Source: an uncultured virus (IMG/VR IMGVR_UViG_3300035675_000007) (Duplodnaviria; Heunggongvirae; Uroviricota; Caudoviricetes). From it: DNA of 20,000 nt. Shown in pieces: positions 1-8,435 of the stretch. A program made the position numbers and the translations under genes. The DNA lies in the IMG/VR virus record IMGVR_UViG_3300035675_000007, one strand, 5' to 3'. The stretch's first letter is position 1. Each line of letters opens with the position of its first letter. Under the pieces are notes generated by a model. That model saw only the letters and a list, made by a program, of their open reading frames with translations. It was not told the DNA's origin and did not search any database.

Positions 1-2
1 GG

Positions 3-122
3 AAACGTCCTCGCATCGGCACATACGACTTCCGCATCGAGACAGTCGAGAGCGAGGGCGAGGACGAGGGGATGGGGAACTGCAGGTTTGGCCTCAACCT
101 CACCATCGGGAGGCTCAGATGA
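3..122 (+). CDS. Hypothetical protein, 3' end only (KRPRIGTYDFRIETVESEGEDEGMGNCRFGLNLTIGRLR*)
   Basis: Open frame 3 from the window edge with GC3-rich codons; its TGA overlaps the ATG at 119 (ATGA). Confidence 0.65.
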   Translation, partial: KRPRIGTYDFRIETVESEGEDEGMGNCRFGLNLTIGRLR

Positions 123-457
123 GCGAAGAATATGTCATCTTTGGCTACCAATACGCAGACGGCAAGCTCCAGCTCGTCGAGTCAGAAGTCCTGGGGGGAG
201 TGATCAATCCCCTCTCGGCGCTCCCGGCTAACTGGGGCATCACGGCAACGTGGGTTGATCGAACGCTCATCCTCGACGTCTCCGCTCGCATCACCGATGG
301 AGGCGCCGGGATCTATGAGCGCGCCCGCGCAGACATGATCGCCAACCTCGTTGCCGTCGCGCTCACGGCACCCTGCAATCACGAGTGGACTGAATCGGAC
401 GACCCTGGCTGGGACGAGTGCACCCGGTGCGGGGAGATACGGCAGTACGAGCCATGA
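119..457 (+). CDS. Hypothetical phage protein with C-terminal CxH...CxxC zinc-ribbon-like motif
   Basis: GGAGG upstream; ATGA overlaps at both ends; CNHEW...ECTRCGE. Confidence 0.75.
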   Translation: MSEEYVIFGYQYADGKLQLVESEVLGGVINPLSALPANWGITATWVDRTLILDVSARITDGGAGIYERARADMIANLVAVALTAPCNHEWTESDDPGWDECTRCGEIRQYEP

Positions 458-831
458 CCAAGGGCGCCATTGAGAAACACTCTCCGTGCTGCGAGGACAG
501 CAAGGGAAACTTTGATCCACAGGCCCACAAGTACGCTCGTGTGTACTACAGCCCCAACGAACACAAGTACGATGAAGGCCAATGCTACTACTGCGGGCAG
601 CCGTGGCCCTGTGATGTTTCCGTCTTGCAGTCGGAGATCACCCACCTCAGCAACCTAATCGAACAGGCCCATGAACTCATCAGGGAGTTGGCCGAGACAG
701 TCCACCAGACCGGCTTAATCCGTGACCACGCCGACCCCAACGACAAGACAGGCTGGAACGTCCACGGTATCGAGACGTGCGAGGACTCGCTGTGCGTCGA
801 TGCTCTCGCCTTCATCAGAAAGGAGGAATGA
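454..831 (+). CDS. Hypothetical Cys/His-rich protein
   Basis: ATG 454 overlaps the previous TGA; HKY..GQCYYCGQPWPC followed by a coiled-coil-like segment. Confidence 0.75.
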   Translation: MTKGAIEKHSPCCEDSKGNFDPQAHKYARVYYSPNEHKYDEGQCYYCGQPWPCDVSVLQSEITHLSNLIEQAHELIRELAETVHQTGLIRDHADPNDKTGWNVHGIETCEDSLCVDALAFIRKEE

Positions 832-832
832 A

Positions 833-1066
833 GTGTCTCCGAAGAAGCACAAGCGATTGATTGGCGGCTTCACGAGAGCGGTCAATCTCAAGGGGGTTAC
901 CGAGGACGAGATCTTCGAGCAGACCAAGAGCCTGCTCCTGGCGATGGGGTTCGATATCCCCAACGAGAAGGACCTCCGCAAGGTCGTGCGATCCACGATC
1001 AAGGCCAACCTCCGCACCAACTCGAAGATCGAGGTGCTGATGACCCCACCACGGCTGGTGAACTAG
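833..1066 (+). CDS. Hypothetical basic protein (77 aa)
   Basis: AGGAGG at 821-826 then GTG at 833; good codon usage. Confidence 0.75.
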   Translation: MSPKKHKRLIGGFTRAVNLKGVTEDEIFEQTKSLLLAMGFDIPNEKDLRKVVRSTIKANLRTNSKIEVLMTPPRLVN

Positions 1067-1100
1067 TCATGCCTCGCGTCCAATCCGAGGCGCAAGTGCA

Positions 1101-1331
1101 ATGAGTGAGCGCATAGACCAGGTCTATTGCGACGACTGCGGTGAGCCGCTGCTTGAGATCGGCGTCGAGCCGATCCTGCGGGCAGAGGTCACCGTCCTGC
1201 GCGACGACCGCCACTACATCGGCACGCTCCCGTCGCCGGTGGCTTCTGCCAACGCAGGGGAAAGCGCGGTCCTGTGCAGCGAGTGCTTCCGTCGCATCTT
1301 CGAAGGCAGAACAGAGAGGAGTGCAGACTGA
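1101..1331 (+). CDS. Hypothetical zinc-binding protein (CxxC...CxxC)
   Basis: CDDC and CSEC motifs; stop overlaps the next ATG. Confidence 0.7.
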   Translation: MSERIDQVYCDDCGEPLLEIGVEPILRAEVTVLRDDRHYIGTLPSPVASANAGESAVLCSECFRRIFEGRTERSAD

Positions 1332-1585
1332 TGTCCCAGGAGAAGATCTATCTGACCCCCATTCGCAGGGGCGCAAACGGCATTCCCAATACCCGCGGCC
1401 GGATGATGGTGGTGCGTGAGCACTTCGTGCCCATCGGCCGCGTCAGCATCGGCAACAGGGGCGGTCCGGCGAGTGGTGTCCGGCCCGTCATCGACGCCGT
1501 CGATTACGCCTACCAACTCGGTCGCAACGGCTCGATGAAGCCGATCCGCCAGCGAGGGCACAAGCGCAACAAGGAGATGAAGTAG
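1331..1585 (+). CDS. Hypothetical basic protein
   Basis: GAGGAG upstream and TGATG overlap at 1329-1333. Confidence 0.7.
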   Translation: MSQEKIYLTPIRRGANGIPNTRGRMMVVREHFVPIGRVSIGNRGGPASGVRPVIDAVDYAYQLGRNGSMKPIRQRGHKRNKEMK

Positions 1586-1888
1586 ATGGGATACATCAAG
1601 GTCTACAAGAAGGCGACCGATCGGGTCGAGCACGAGGTCGCTGGGAAGAAGCGGAAGTACCGCAGCTCGCGCCTGGGAGCCTATCTGTTCGAGATCGAGG
1701 CCGGCATCGACGAGTCAGCGTACAGGCCGAGGGCCATTGCCATCGCCCTCCACTCTTGCCAGACCCGTAACCACGGCGGGATGGAAAGCGGGTCGGGGAT
1801 GACGGCACGACTATTGCTGCCTCACGCCAAGCAGCTCGTCGTGGCTCTGCTCGAAGCAATCAGGGAAGCCGAGAGGGAGGTGTCCTGA
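1586..1888 (+). CDS. Hypothetical protein
   Basis: AAGGAG SD; abuts the previous stop; TGATG coupling downstream. Confidence 0.75.
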   Translation: MGYIKVYKKATDRVEHEVAGKKRKYRSSRLGAYLFEIEAGIDESAYRPRAIAIALHSCQTRNHGGMESGSGMTARLLLPHAKQLVVALLEAIREAEREVS

Positions 1889-2103
1889 TGCCGAAGCTCA
1901 ACGATGACGACAAGGACAGGTGCAGGTGCACGCTGTTCCACACCTACCCGTTCCACGAGGGCAACCATCGCTGTGGCGCTCGAAGGGATACGGAGGTCAG
2001 CAACCTCTACTGCACCGAGTGCGAGATGACGCACGGCAAGCGCTCTAGACAGGAGGCCAAGAAGGTTGGAACTGCAGCAAACCGTCAGGCAACAGGTGCT
2101 TGA
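1888..2103 (+). CDS. Hypothetical Cys/His-rich protein
   Basis: GGAGG SD; CRC..H..H..H.C...CTEC..H. Confidence 0.65.
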   Translation: MPKLNDDDKDRCRCTLFHTYPFHEGNHRCGARRDTEVSNLYCTECEMTHGKRSRQEAKKVGTAANRQATGA

Positions 2104-2368
2104 CATCCTCGGACAGGCGCCGGCCACGTGGCTGGACGTGCCGCCTAACAAACCGAAGGAGGAACCGCCCCCTGGGCCTAGCAATGACTGGACATGGGAG
2201 CACTACAAGGAGTATTGGGGTCAACTGCCCCCACTCGAACCACCCGAGAACCACGCCTTCCTGATTCTCCTCAAGCATCCGAACGTGGAGAAGGAATATG
2301 CCGATGCGGCAGACCAGGTCCTCAAGGCCTACATGAAGGAGAACGAACCGTGGACATCAAGAGCGTAA
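2066..2368 (+). CDS. Hypothetical Pro-rich protein
   Basis: AGGAGG at 2051-2056, TTG start. Confidence 0.65.
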   Translation: MELQQTVRQQVLDILGQAPATWLDVPPNKPKEEPPPGPSNDWTWEHYKEYWGQLPPLEPPENHAFLILLKHPNVEKEYADAADQVLKAYMKENEPWTSRA

Positions 2369-2559
2369 CCGTGGCGACGCCGCGGGTCCCGACCGAACCG
2401 CCCGAGTACCCAAAGGTCACTCTGTATGACAACGGGACTCGCGTCATCGACCTCTGTCCAAGCCCAGCCAAGATCACAAGCCAGGCTCTCGCGCACGGTG
2501 TCGTCCTGATCTGGAGTGGATCGGGGCGTCTCGTGTCCATCGTCGCTGATCCCGTCTGA
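2350..2559 (+). CDS. Hypothetical small beta-rich protein (weak DUF2283-like pattern)
   Basis: AAGGAG upstream of GTG 2350; GVVLIWSGSGRLVSI resembles the DUF2283 C-terminal hairpin (weak). Confidence 0.55.
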   Translation: MDIKSVTVATPRVPTEPPEYPKVTLYDNGTRVIDLCPSPAKITSQALAHGVVLIWSGSGRLVSIVADPV

Positions 2560-2573
2560 AGCAGGAGGCGAAC

Positions 2574-3659
2574 ATGACAACCAAGGTCTACATCGCAGGC
2601 TCCGATCCCGAGGTCGAGGAGATCTTCTCGAACGCCAAGAAGATCATCGAGGAGGCGGGGCACAGCTTCGAAGACGAGGCGCTTCGGCTCACCATCGCCG
2701 AGGCCCTCGGCAAGGCACAGGCCGACACGACAGAGGCCGGCACCAAAAAGGCGACCGTCAGCGACGGTGGCGATCTCGTCATCGCCGGCGCACCGACCAC
2801 CAAGCGTCGGGCCAAGCCCGGCCAGAAATACTGGTACGACAAGGAGGGTGATCGCCAGTTCCTCGACTGGTACATCCTCGGCCGTCGCAATGGCACCGTC
2901 GAGGGGGCCCTGATCGTCGTCGGTCCGTCCGGCACCGGCAAGACCGAGGGCATCATCCAGGCGTGCGAGCGGCTGGACGTGCCGCTCTACATCGTCAACT
3001 GCGCCTCGATCACCACGATCGAGAAGTGGGTCGGCCACAAAGAGATCGACCACACGGGCACGCACTTCGTCCTGTCCGAGCCGATGCGCTGGATCGAGGC
3101 GAAGGACCCCGACTGCCCGCCAGGAGTCGTGCTGCTCGACGAGGGCACCCGGCTTCATCCGACCTTCCACAACATCACCTTCCCGCTGCTTGACGGCCAG
3201 CAGCGGATCTTCATCCCCGAGATGCACGGCTATCTCGAAGTCCATCCGCAGACAGCGTTCATCATGACGGCCAACATCGGCGGCAAGTACACCGGCACGT
3301 TCACCATGGACGAAGCCATGCGTGAACGGTTCGGCTACACCGTCGAACGGGAATGGCCCCCGGCTGCCGAGGAAGCCAAGATCCTCTCCTCGCTCTACCC
3401 GACGATCGAGGAAGAGAAGATCAAGCTGATGGTCCAGATCGCCAACCGCTCCCGGCAGATGTGGGTGAAGCAGGACCTGAGCCGACCGATCTCGACTCGC
3501 ATCCTGATCTTCGCCTGCCGCCTCGTCCGGGATGGCGCGTCGATCGCCCGCGCCTTCGAGCTGACGGCTGTCCCCCTGTATTCGCAGGATGGTGGCCAGC
3601 AGTCGGAGCGCGGCCTGATCAAGGGCATCATCAGCGGCAAGGGCGGGGAGGGTGCGTGA
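2574..3659 (+). CDS. MoxR/CbbQ/NirQ/CobS-like AAA+ ATPase (AAA_5 type)
   Basis: AGGAGG SD; Walker A GPSGTGKT, Walker B VVLLDEG, sensor-1 MTAN, arginine finger DEAMRERF, C-terminal ISTR. Confidence 0.92.
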   Translation: MTTKVYIAGSDPEVEEIFSNAKKIIEEAGHSFEDEALRLTIAEALGKAQADTTEAGTKKATVSDGGDLVIAGAPTTKRRAKPGQKYWYDKEGDRQFLDWYILGRRNGTVEGALIVVGPSGTGKTEGIIQACERLDVPLYIVNCASITTIEKWVGHKEIDHTGTHFVLSEPMRWIEAKDPDCPPGVVLLDEGTRLHPTFHNITFPLLDGQQRIFIPEMHGYLEVHPQTAFIMTANIGGKYTGTFTMDEAMRERFGYTVEREWPPAAEEAKILSSLYPTIEEEKIKLMVQIANRSRQMWVKQDLSRPISTRILIFACRLVRDGASIARAFELTAVPLYSQDGGQQSERGLIKGIISGKGGEGA

Positions 3660-3958
3660 TCCTTCGCAGTCAATCCGCGATCGCATTCTGCACTTGCCGC
3701 TTCGAGCACCTGACAGCAGATCGGGTTCACATCGGCCTGATCTTCCATTGCCATGCCGATGACGCCAAGAAGTTCTCGCGACACCTTGTCGTCTTCGTCG
3801 ACGAGAAGGACGCGTACACGGTGCTCATCCCAGGGGGATACGACTATCCGAGCTTTGGTTCATCGTGGAATCGGATGGTATTCCCCAGACTGAGCGTAGC
3901 CGCTGGCTGCAACACCCACATCTTCAGCATCGAAGGAGGGGCCGATGAAGGTCAGTAA
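3656..3958 (+). CDS. Hypothetical Cys/His-containing protein between the ATPase and vWA genes
   Basis: GTGA overlap with the ATPase stop and GGAGG SD; fills the gap to the vWA gene. Confidence 0.65.
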   Translation: MILRSQSAIAFCTCRFEHLTADRVHIGLIFHCHADDAKKFSRHLVVFVDEKDAYTVLIPGGYDYPSFGSSWNRMVFPRLSVAAGCNTHIFSIEGGADEGQ

Positions 3959-6113
3959 GCGCCTGGGCCGCTACGTCAAGCGGATTCCAGCAACGGTCAG
4001 CGAACCGAAGCCTGAGCCGATCAGGGCGGTATCGCCAAAGGAGATGAAGCCGGCCACCAAGCCGGCCTACTCGTGGACACCGGGCTACAAGACCGGTGAC
4101 TACGTCTTCTCGATGCGGTCCAAGAAAGAATACTGGCTCACATCGAAGGAGCTGCAGGAATACGACGCCGCCCTCAACCGGATCGAAGATGACGAGGCCT
4201 TCGAGGACTGGTTCGAGGAGTGGCTCAAGGCTCACCCGTACGTCAAGCCCAAGGACTACTACCAGTCCAAGCCCTATGACTGGGGCAAGACTGGTGGCGG
4301 GAAGGGCCTATCCAGCTGGTGGAGATCGGACCTCTACACATCCTGGGGAGGCGCGTGGGGCACGGGCACGGATGAGCGGCGGCTCGCCGAGGTCATGCAG
4401 GTCGTCGCGTCCACGATCAAGATCGTCGATGACAACGATCCTCCTTCGGTCGTGCAATGGGCGGCGAAGGACGCAACCTCGTCCACCAACCTCAACGCCA
4501 ACATCATCTCGATCAGCCCCGAGGCAGCGCTCGACAAGTCGCTGACCATCGAGGATGCGATCGACATCTCGACCTCCCACGCCCTCCACGAGGCGGGGCA
4601 TGACAACCCGGAATACGGGACGCGCACCATCGTCCACCAGCTGGAGAAGCCGGACCGGCTCAAGCCGCTCGCCGTCGTCGCCACGCTGGCCAACATCATC
4701 GAGGACAACCGCACCGAGCGGATCACCGGCAAGGAGAAGTATCCGGGCTTCGACCCTTACTTCCCCAAGGGCAAGGCAGATCTGTGGAAGCGCCGCAAGG
4801 CAGAGTTCAATCCCGAGAAGTGGGGCGACATCTACGAGTGCCTCAACGCCCTGATCATTCACCTCCGCTGGCCAGAGCACAGCCCGGAGATCCTCTCCGA
4901 TCCGTCCTTCACCGCGGAGCTTCCGTGGTGGGAAGAATGGGAGCGCAAGTACCAGGGCGGTGAGGTCGGCTTCCGCCAAACCATCATCGACGGGCTCGAT
5001 CGTCTCGCCAACGACGAGGAACGCAAGAAGGAGATGGAGCAGATCGCCGATGGCGAGAAGGCAGACGATCTGGCGCGGCGTAAGCTTGAGGAGGCCCTCG
5101 ATCGAGCCCTTGAGCGGGTCGCGGACAAGGTCGCGCAGTCCTGCTGGTCCGAGACCGAATACGACAAGAAGCTGAGTTCAGAGGTAGCCGAACGAGTCAA
5201 GAAGCTCGTCAAGGAGAAGCTGCACCAGTCGGCAATCCTCACCGAGTGCGGCAGCACCAAGCCGAAGCTGTGGGTCCGCAAGCCGATCGAGTACCCGTCC
5301 TCGATCAAGGCGTACACCGGCAAGCCCTCCCCGCTGGTCGACCGCTACAAGGCAGCCCTCCAGTTCAGGCCGGAGCTTCCTCGCTTCTCGACCCGGCTGC
5401 TGAAGTCCGGTGACATCGACGAGGAAGAGCTGTGGCGCTGGGGTATCCAGGACTACCGGGTCTTCGAGCGCCAGAACATCGAGACCTACCCGAAGGCGAT
5501 CGTCGGGCTGCTCGTCGACATGAGCGGTTCGATGGAGCACTCCATCCGGTGGGAGAACGACTACAAGACCAAGGTCTGGGTCGCGCAGCAGCTGACCCAG
5601 CTGTTCGTACTCGCCCTTCGGGACATGGAGGGCATCAGGCCGTATGTCTACGGGCACACGGGTGACCTCAACCTGAACGCGACAGAGACCTCGGCAGCCG
5701 ACTTCATGTACATCTGGGAGCCGGGCGATCCGCTCACTCGGATCGGCCTGATCACCGCCGAGGACCATGGCAACAACTACGACGGGTTCGCAATCGACTG
5801 GGCGGTTGACCAGTTGCTCGCCAACAGGATCGAGCAGGACGAGAGCGTCATCCTGATCGTCCTGTCAGACGGCTATCCGGCCGGCCACAACTACGGCGAC
5901 GAGATGGCCATGCAACACGTCCACCGGGTCGTCGATGGTGCCGAGAAGCGGGGAGTCCCCATTCTGCAGGTCGCCATTGACCACGCCCTTCGCCCCGCAG
6001 CGCAGGGGAAGATGTATCGCTATTGGGTCCCGTTCAGGTCTGCGTCCGAGCTTCCTCGCCAGATGGCGACCGAGCTGTCGCGGATGCTGAACACCAAGTA
6101 CGTAGGTGGGTGA
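3945..6113 (+). CDS. CobT/NorD-like vWA-domain protein with N-terminal HExxH zincin-like domain
   Basis: AAGGAGG SD; HALHEAGH plus NIIEDNRTE; GDIDEEEL...VFER linker; MIDAS DMSGS, NYDG, ILIVLSDGYP. Confidence 0.9.
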   Translation: MKVSKRLGRYVKRIPATVSEPKPEPIRAVSPKEMKPATKPAYSWTPGYKTGDYVFSMRSKKEYWLTSKELQEYDAALNRIEDDEAFEDWFEEWLKAHPYVKPKDYYQSKPYDWGKTGGGKGLSSWWRSDLYTSWGGAWGTGTDERRLAEVMQVVASTIKIVDDNDPPSVVQWAAKDATSSTNLNANIISISPEAALDKSLTIEDAIDISTSHALHEAGHDNPEYGTRTIVHQLEKPDRLKPLAVVATLANIIEDNRTERITGKEKYPGFDPYFPKGKADLWKRRKAEFNPEKWGDIYECLNALIIHLRWPEHSPEILSDPSFTAELPWWEEWERKYQGGEVGFRQTIIDGLDRLANDEERKKEMEQIADGEKADDLARRKLEEALDRALERVADKVAQSCWSETEYDKKLSSEVAERVKKLVKEKLHQSAILTECGSTKPKLWVRKPIEYPSSIKAYTGKPSPLVDRYKAALQFRPELPRFSTRLLKSGDIDEEELWRWGIQDYRVFERQNIETYPKAIVGLLVDMSGSMEHSIRWENDYKTKVWVAQQLTQLFVLALRDMEGIRPYVYGHTGDLNLNATETSAADFMYIWEPGDPLTRIGLITAEDHGNNYDGFAIDWAVDQLLANRIEQDESVILIVLSDGYPAGHNYGDEMAMQHVHRVVDGAEKRGVPILQVAIDHALRPAAQGKMYRYWVPFRSASELPRQMATELSRMLNTKYVGG

Positions 6114-6400
6114 TGCTGTTCCACCACTCTGTAGGCAACAGAATCTGGATGCTCGACCGCTCGCGGCATCCGTGCGATAAAGGCATGAAGAAGTCCCCGC
6201 CATCCATTCTCCATCCCGGGGAGATCCTCCACAGCGAGTTCTGTGAGGTGGAGATCCTGGTGATCGGGGACACCCCGACCGAAACCGGATATCCCGCATT
6301 GGCCTTCCCGTCGTTCGAGAGCGGCCCGAAGTATTACACGGTGCTTCCGAGCGACATGCACCACATCGCCGTGGTGCCGTTGAGGCACGTGCTGAAATGA
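6110..6400 (+). CDS. Hypothetical protein (start GTG 6110 or ATG 6113)
   Basis: Overlaps the vWA stop; ATGA overlap with the next gene. Confidence 0.6.
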   Translation: MMLFHHSVGNRIWMLDRSRHPCDKGMKKSPPSILHPGEILHSEFCEVEILVIGDTPTETGYPALAFPSFESGPKYYTVLPSDMHHIAVVPLRHVLK

Positions 6401-6693
6401 AAATCTGCACCAACAGGTACTCGGTCCCGTATCCGGTCACTCCGACTGGGACTGTCGTCCACGACAATGACGATTGCAGGGACCAGTACGTCGTCATCTC
6501 AGACCCGCTCCCGGACAACGACACGAGAGCATGGGATGGTGAGAGAGGAATCAACCTGACGCGCTACGCGCTGCTCTATATACGCGAAGAACTCAGGGTA
6601 GTGATAGCTGATTCTGTCCATTGGAGACACATGCATCTGGCAGACATCCAGGATGCGATGCACTACCTCCATGCCCAAAAGGAGGAAGAGTGA
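6397..6693 (+). CDS. Hypothetical protein
   Basis: Coupled at both ends by NTGA overlaps. Confidence 0.65.
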   Translation: MKICTNRYSVPYPVTPTGTVVHDNDDCRDQYVVISDPLPDNDTRAWDGERGINLTRYALLYIREELRVVIADSVHWRHMHLADIQDAMHYLHAQKEEE

Positions 6694-7151
6694 TCATCAA
6701 GGAGAATGTGCGGATCGTCCAGGAAGTTGTGGGAGATGGGACGGTCTACGAGTCGACGGACTCGATTGGAGAAGATCTCGCCGCGATGGGCCTGTCCAAC
6801 TCCGTGCAGGAGGAGGTCTGGGTCATCACCATCGACGGCGGCAGGATGGTCAGGCGCTACTACTCGGTGGCCAAGGGCAACTACCACGACTGTGACGTGT
6901 CCCTGCCGGCGATCCTCTCGCCGGTGTTCCTCTCGGCAACTGACCGGTTCGTGGTCGCCCACAACCACCCGAGCGGGGCGCTTGAGCCAACCCAGCAGGA
7001 CTTCAACATGACATGGAGGATCGCTGAGGCGGCGGATCTGCTCGATCTCATCTTCGAGGATCACCTGATCGTCGCCCCAGGTGGTCGCTGGTATTCGATG
7101 CGCGGCCATCGCCAGATGCGCGCGCCTCGCTCGAAGAAGGTGGCGGAATGA
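6690..7151 (+). CDS. radC: RadC-like JAB/MPN domain protein (JAB domain only)
   Basis: GGAGG SD and GTG start; QEE, VAHNHPSGALEPTQQD and DHLIV motifs of the RadC family. Confidence 0.88.
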   Translation: MIIKENVRIVQEVVGDGTVYESTDSIGEDLAAMGLSNSVQEEVWVITIDGGRMVRRYYSVAKGNYHDCDVSLPAILSPVFLSATDRFVVAHNHPSGALEPTQQDFNMTWRIAEAADLLDLIFEDHLIVAPGGRWYSMRGHRQMRAPRSKKVAE

Positions 7152-7423
7152 ATCTCACCGTCACGAAGGCAGCACGGGGAAGGAGGTATGAGTTCATCGT
7201 GAACTCCTATCACCCGGTAGGATCAGAGCACAAGATCTTCCACACGGGGATCACCAGGAGGGATGGGTTTCGCTCCCAATACCTCGTCATTGTCACAGAG
7301 GGACCGAATACCACCTCGGTTCCCGCGGGCTTGTGGAGCCGCATCCGGAACCTGCTCCATGCCCGCGTCGGCTGGCTCTCCTCGTACGATCTGAAGAACT
7401 ACTATCGGAGGCTGGACCCGTGA
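7148..7423 (+). CDS. Hypothetical protein
   Basis: ATGA overlap upstream and GTGA downstream. Confidence 0.65.
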   Translation: MNLTVTKAARGRRYEFIVNSYHPVGSEHKIFHTGITRRDGFRSQYLVIVTEGPNTTSVPAGLWSRIRNLLHARVGWLSSYDLKNYYRRLDP

Positions 7424-7716
7424 TCAGGAGGATGAAAGCGGCGCGCAACAAACGGTGGGTGCTGCAGCCCTGGTATACGATGTCAAGGGCGTACGAAGAC
7501 CTTCCGAAGCACTCGGTCATCGACACCGGGATCGTGGTGGATCGGAAATACTACAAGGAGCCGAACCACCTCTTTGTCGTGAAACTCGAAGAGCCGATGC
7601 TGAAGCCGTACGAGGGGAACAACTACTTCTTCCGGCCGGTGCTGACGGAACGCGTCTTCCTGCAGACGATCAGAGATCTCAGGCAACACTACGTGCCAGA
7701 AAGGGAGGCCACGTGA
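7420..7716 (+). CDS. Hypothetical protein (start GTG 7420 or ATG 7432)
   Basis: GGAGG at 7407-7411; GTGA overlaps at both ends. Confidence 0.65.
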   Translation: MIRRMKAARNKRWVLQPWYTMSRAYEDLPKHSVIDTGIVVDRKYYKEPNHLFVVKLEEPMLKPYEGNNYFFRPVLTERVFLQTIRDLRQHYVPEREAT

Positions 7717-7973
7717 GCAGGTACATCGATCCAACGGCCTATCGCTATGCCTTGGTGCACGATGAGTACGAGGATCTGGACCTGCTCGATTACTTTTCGG
7801 TCGATGACGACTATCGTTTCGAGGACTGGGCCTTGGTTCGCATCAACCATGTCTGGAGGACCAATACTGGACAACTGGTTACCGGTGTGCGTATAATCAA
7901 GGAGTCGCCGACGGTAAGGGACATCAGGAGGCTGGCTCGCGCCAGGCTGGGCGCGCAACAGTTGGAGCCGTGA
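7713..7973 (+). CDS. Hypothetical protein, acidic N-half and basic C-half
   Basis: GGGAGG SD and GTGA overlap. Confidence 0.65.
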   Translation: MSRYIDPTAYRYALVHDEYEDLDLLDYFSVDDDYRFEDWALVRINHVWRTNTGQLVTGVRIIKESPTVRDIRRLARARLGAQQLEP

Positions 7974-8434
7974 ACTACCCCGATCTGGCCAAGCACTATG
8001 GCATTCCCATGTGTGGGATTGCCGGCCACGGCGGTCCGTGCGGCTCTGTCTCTTCGCACATGCGGGGTAGGATGGAGTTCAGCCCAAGTAGGGGACGTTT
8101 CATCCATTGGATAGATCGTGAAGTGACGAAGCCGGGCCTGCTTCGCTTCCTGACCATAGTCGCCGACGTCTTCGTCGGTGACGATCGAGCAGTCGCGTTC
8201 CCTCCCGGCACCCCCCTGACAATGCGGAAGCCGCCCATCACTCCGTGGTGGACCGCCTACGCCATCAGGGGTATGTGGGTCGAGATGGAAATGTCGAGGA
8301 TTGGATACCCCTGTAACGCGGAGGACATGGCCTCTGAACGGAGAATGGTTCACATGTATCTCATGACCAGGAGTGACAACATCCGCCTTCTTCATCCAGG
8401 CTGGGAGGCCTGGGCCACTAGAGGAGTTCCGTGA
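7970..8434 (+). CDS. Hypothetical protein
   Basis: GGAG SD and GTGA overlap; 154 aa fills the operon. Confidence 0.65.
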   Translation: MNYPDLAKHYGIPMCGIAGHGGPCGSVSSHMRGRMEFSPSRGRFIHWIDREVTKPGLLRFLTIVADVFVGDDRAVAFPPGTPLTMRKPPITPWWTAYAIRGMWVEMEMSRIGYPCNAEDMASERRMVHMYLMTRSDNIRLLHPGWEAWATRGVP

Positions 8435-8435
8435 C

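Noticed and set aside
1071..1091. Hairpin GCCTCG-N9-CGAGGC as a terminator
   Set aside because: Only 6 bp with no U-tract; at most a pause or processing site.
1331..1888. TAG read-through or stop-codon recoding (TAG 1583-85 directly before an in-frame ATG; also an in-frame TAG upstream of the holin)
   Set aside because: The downstream genes have their own SDs, and all long genes are intact under the standard code.
2322..3686. Long antisense ORFs (454 aa here; also 18933-19931 +, 17349-18164 +, 15921-16685 -)
   Set aside because: Shadow frames of GC3-biased real genes, with no motifs or SDs.
2574..6113. Cobaltochelatase cobS/cobT or nitric-oxide reductase norQ/norD metabolic genes
   Set aside because: No cobN, nor or cbb context; only the generic MoxR-vWA architecture is supported.
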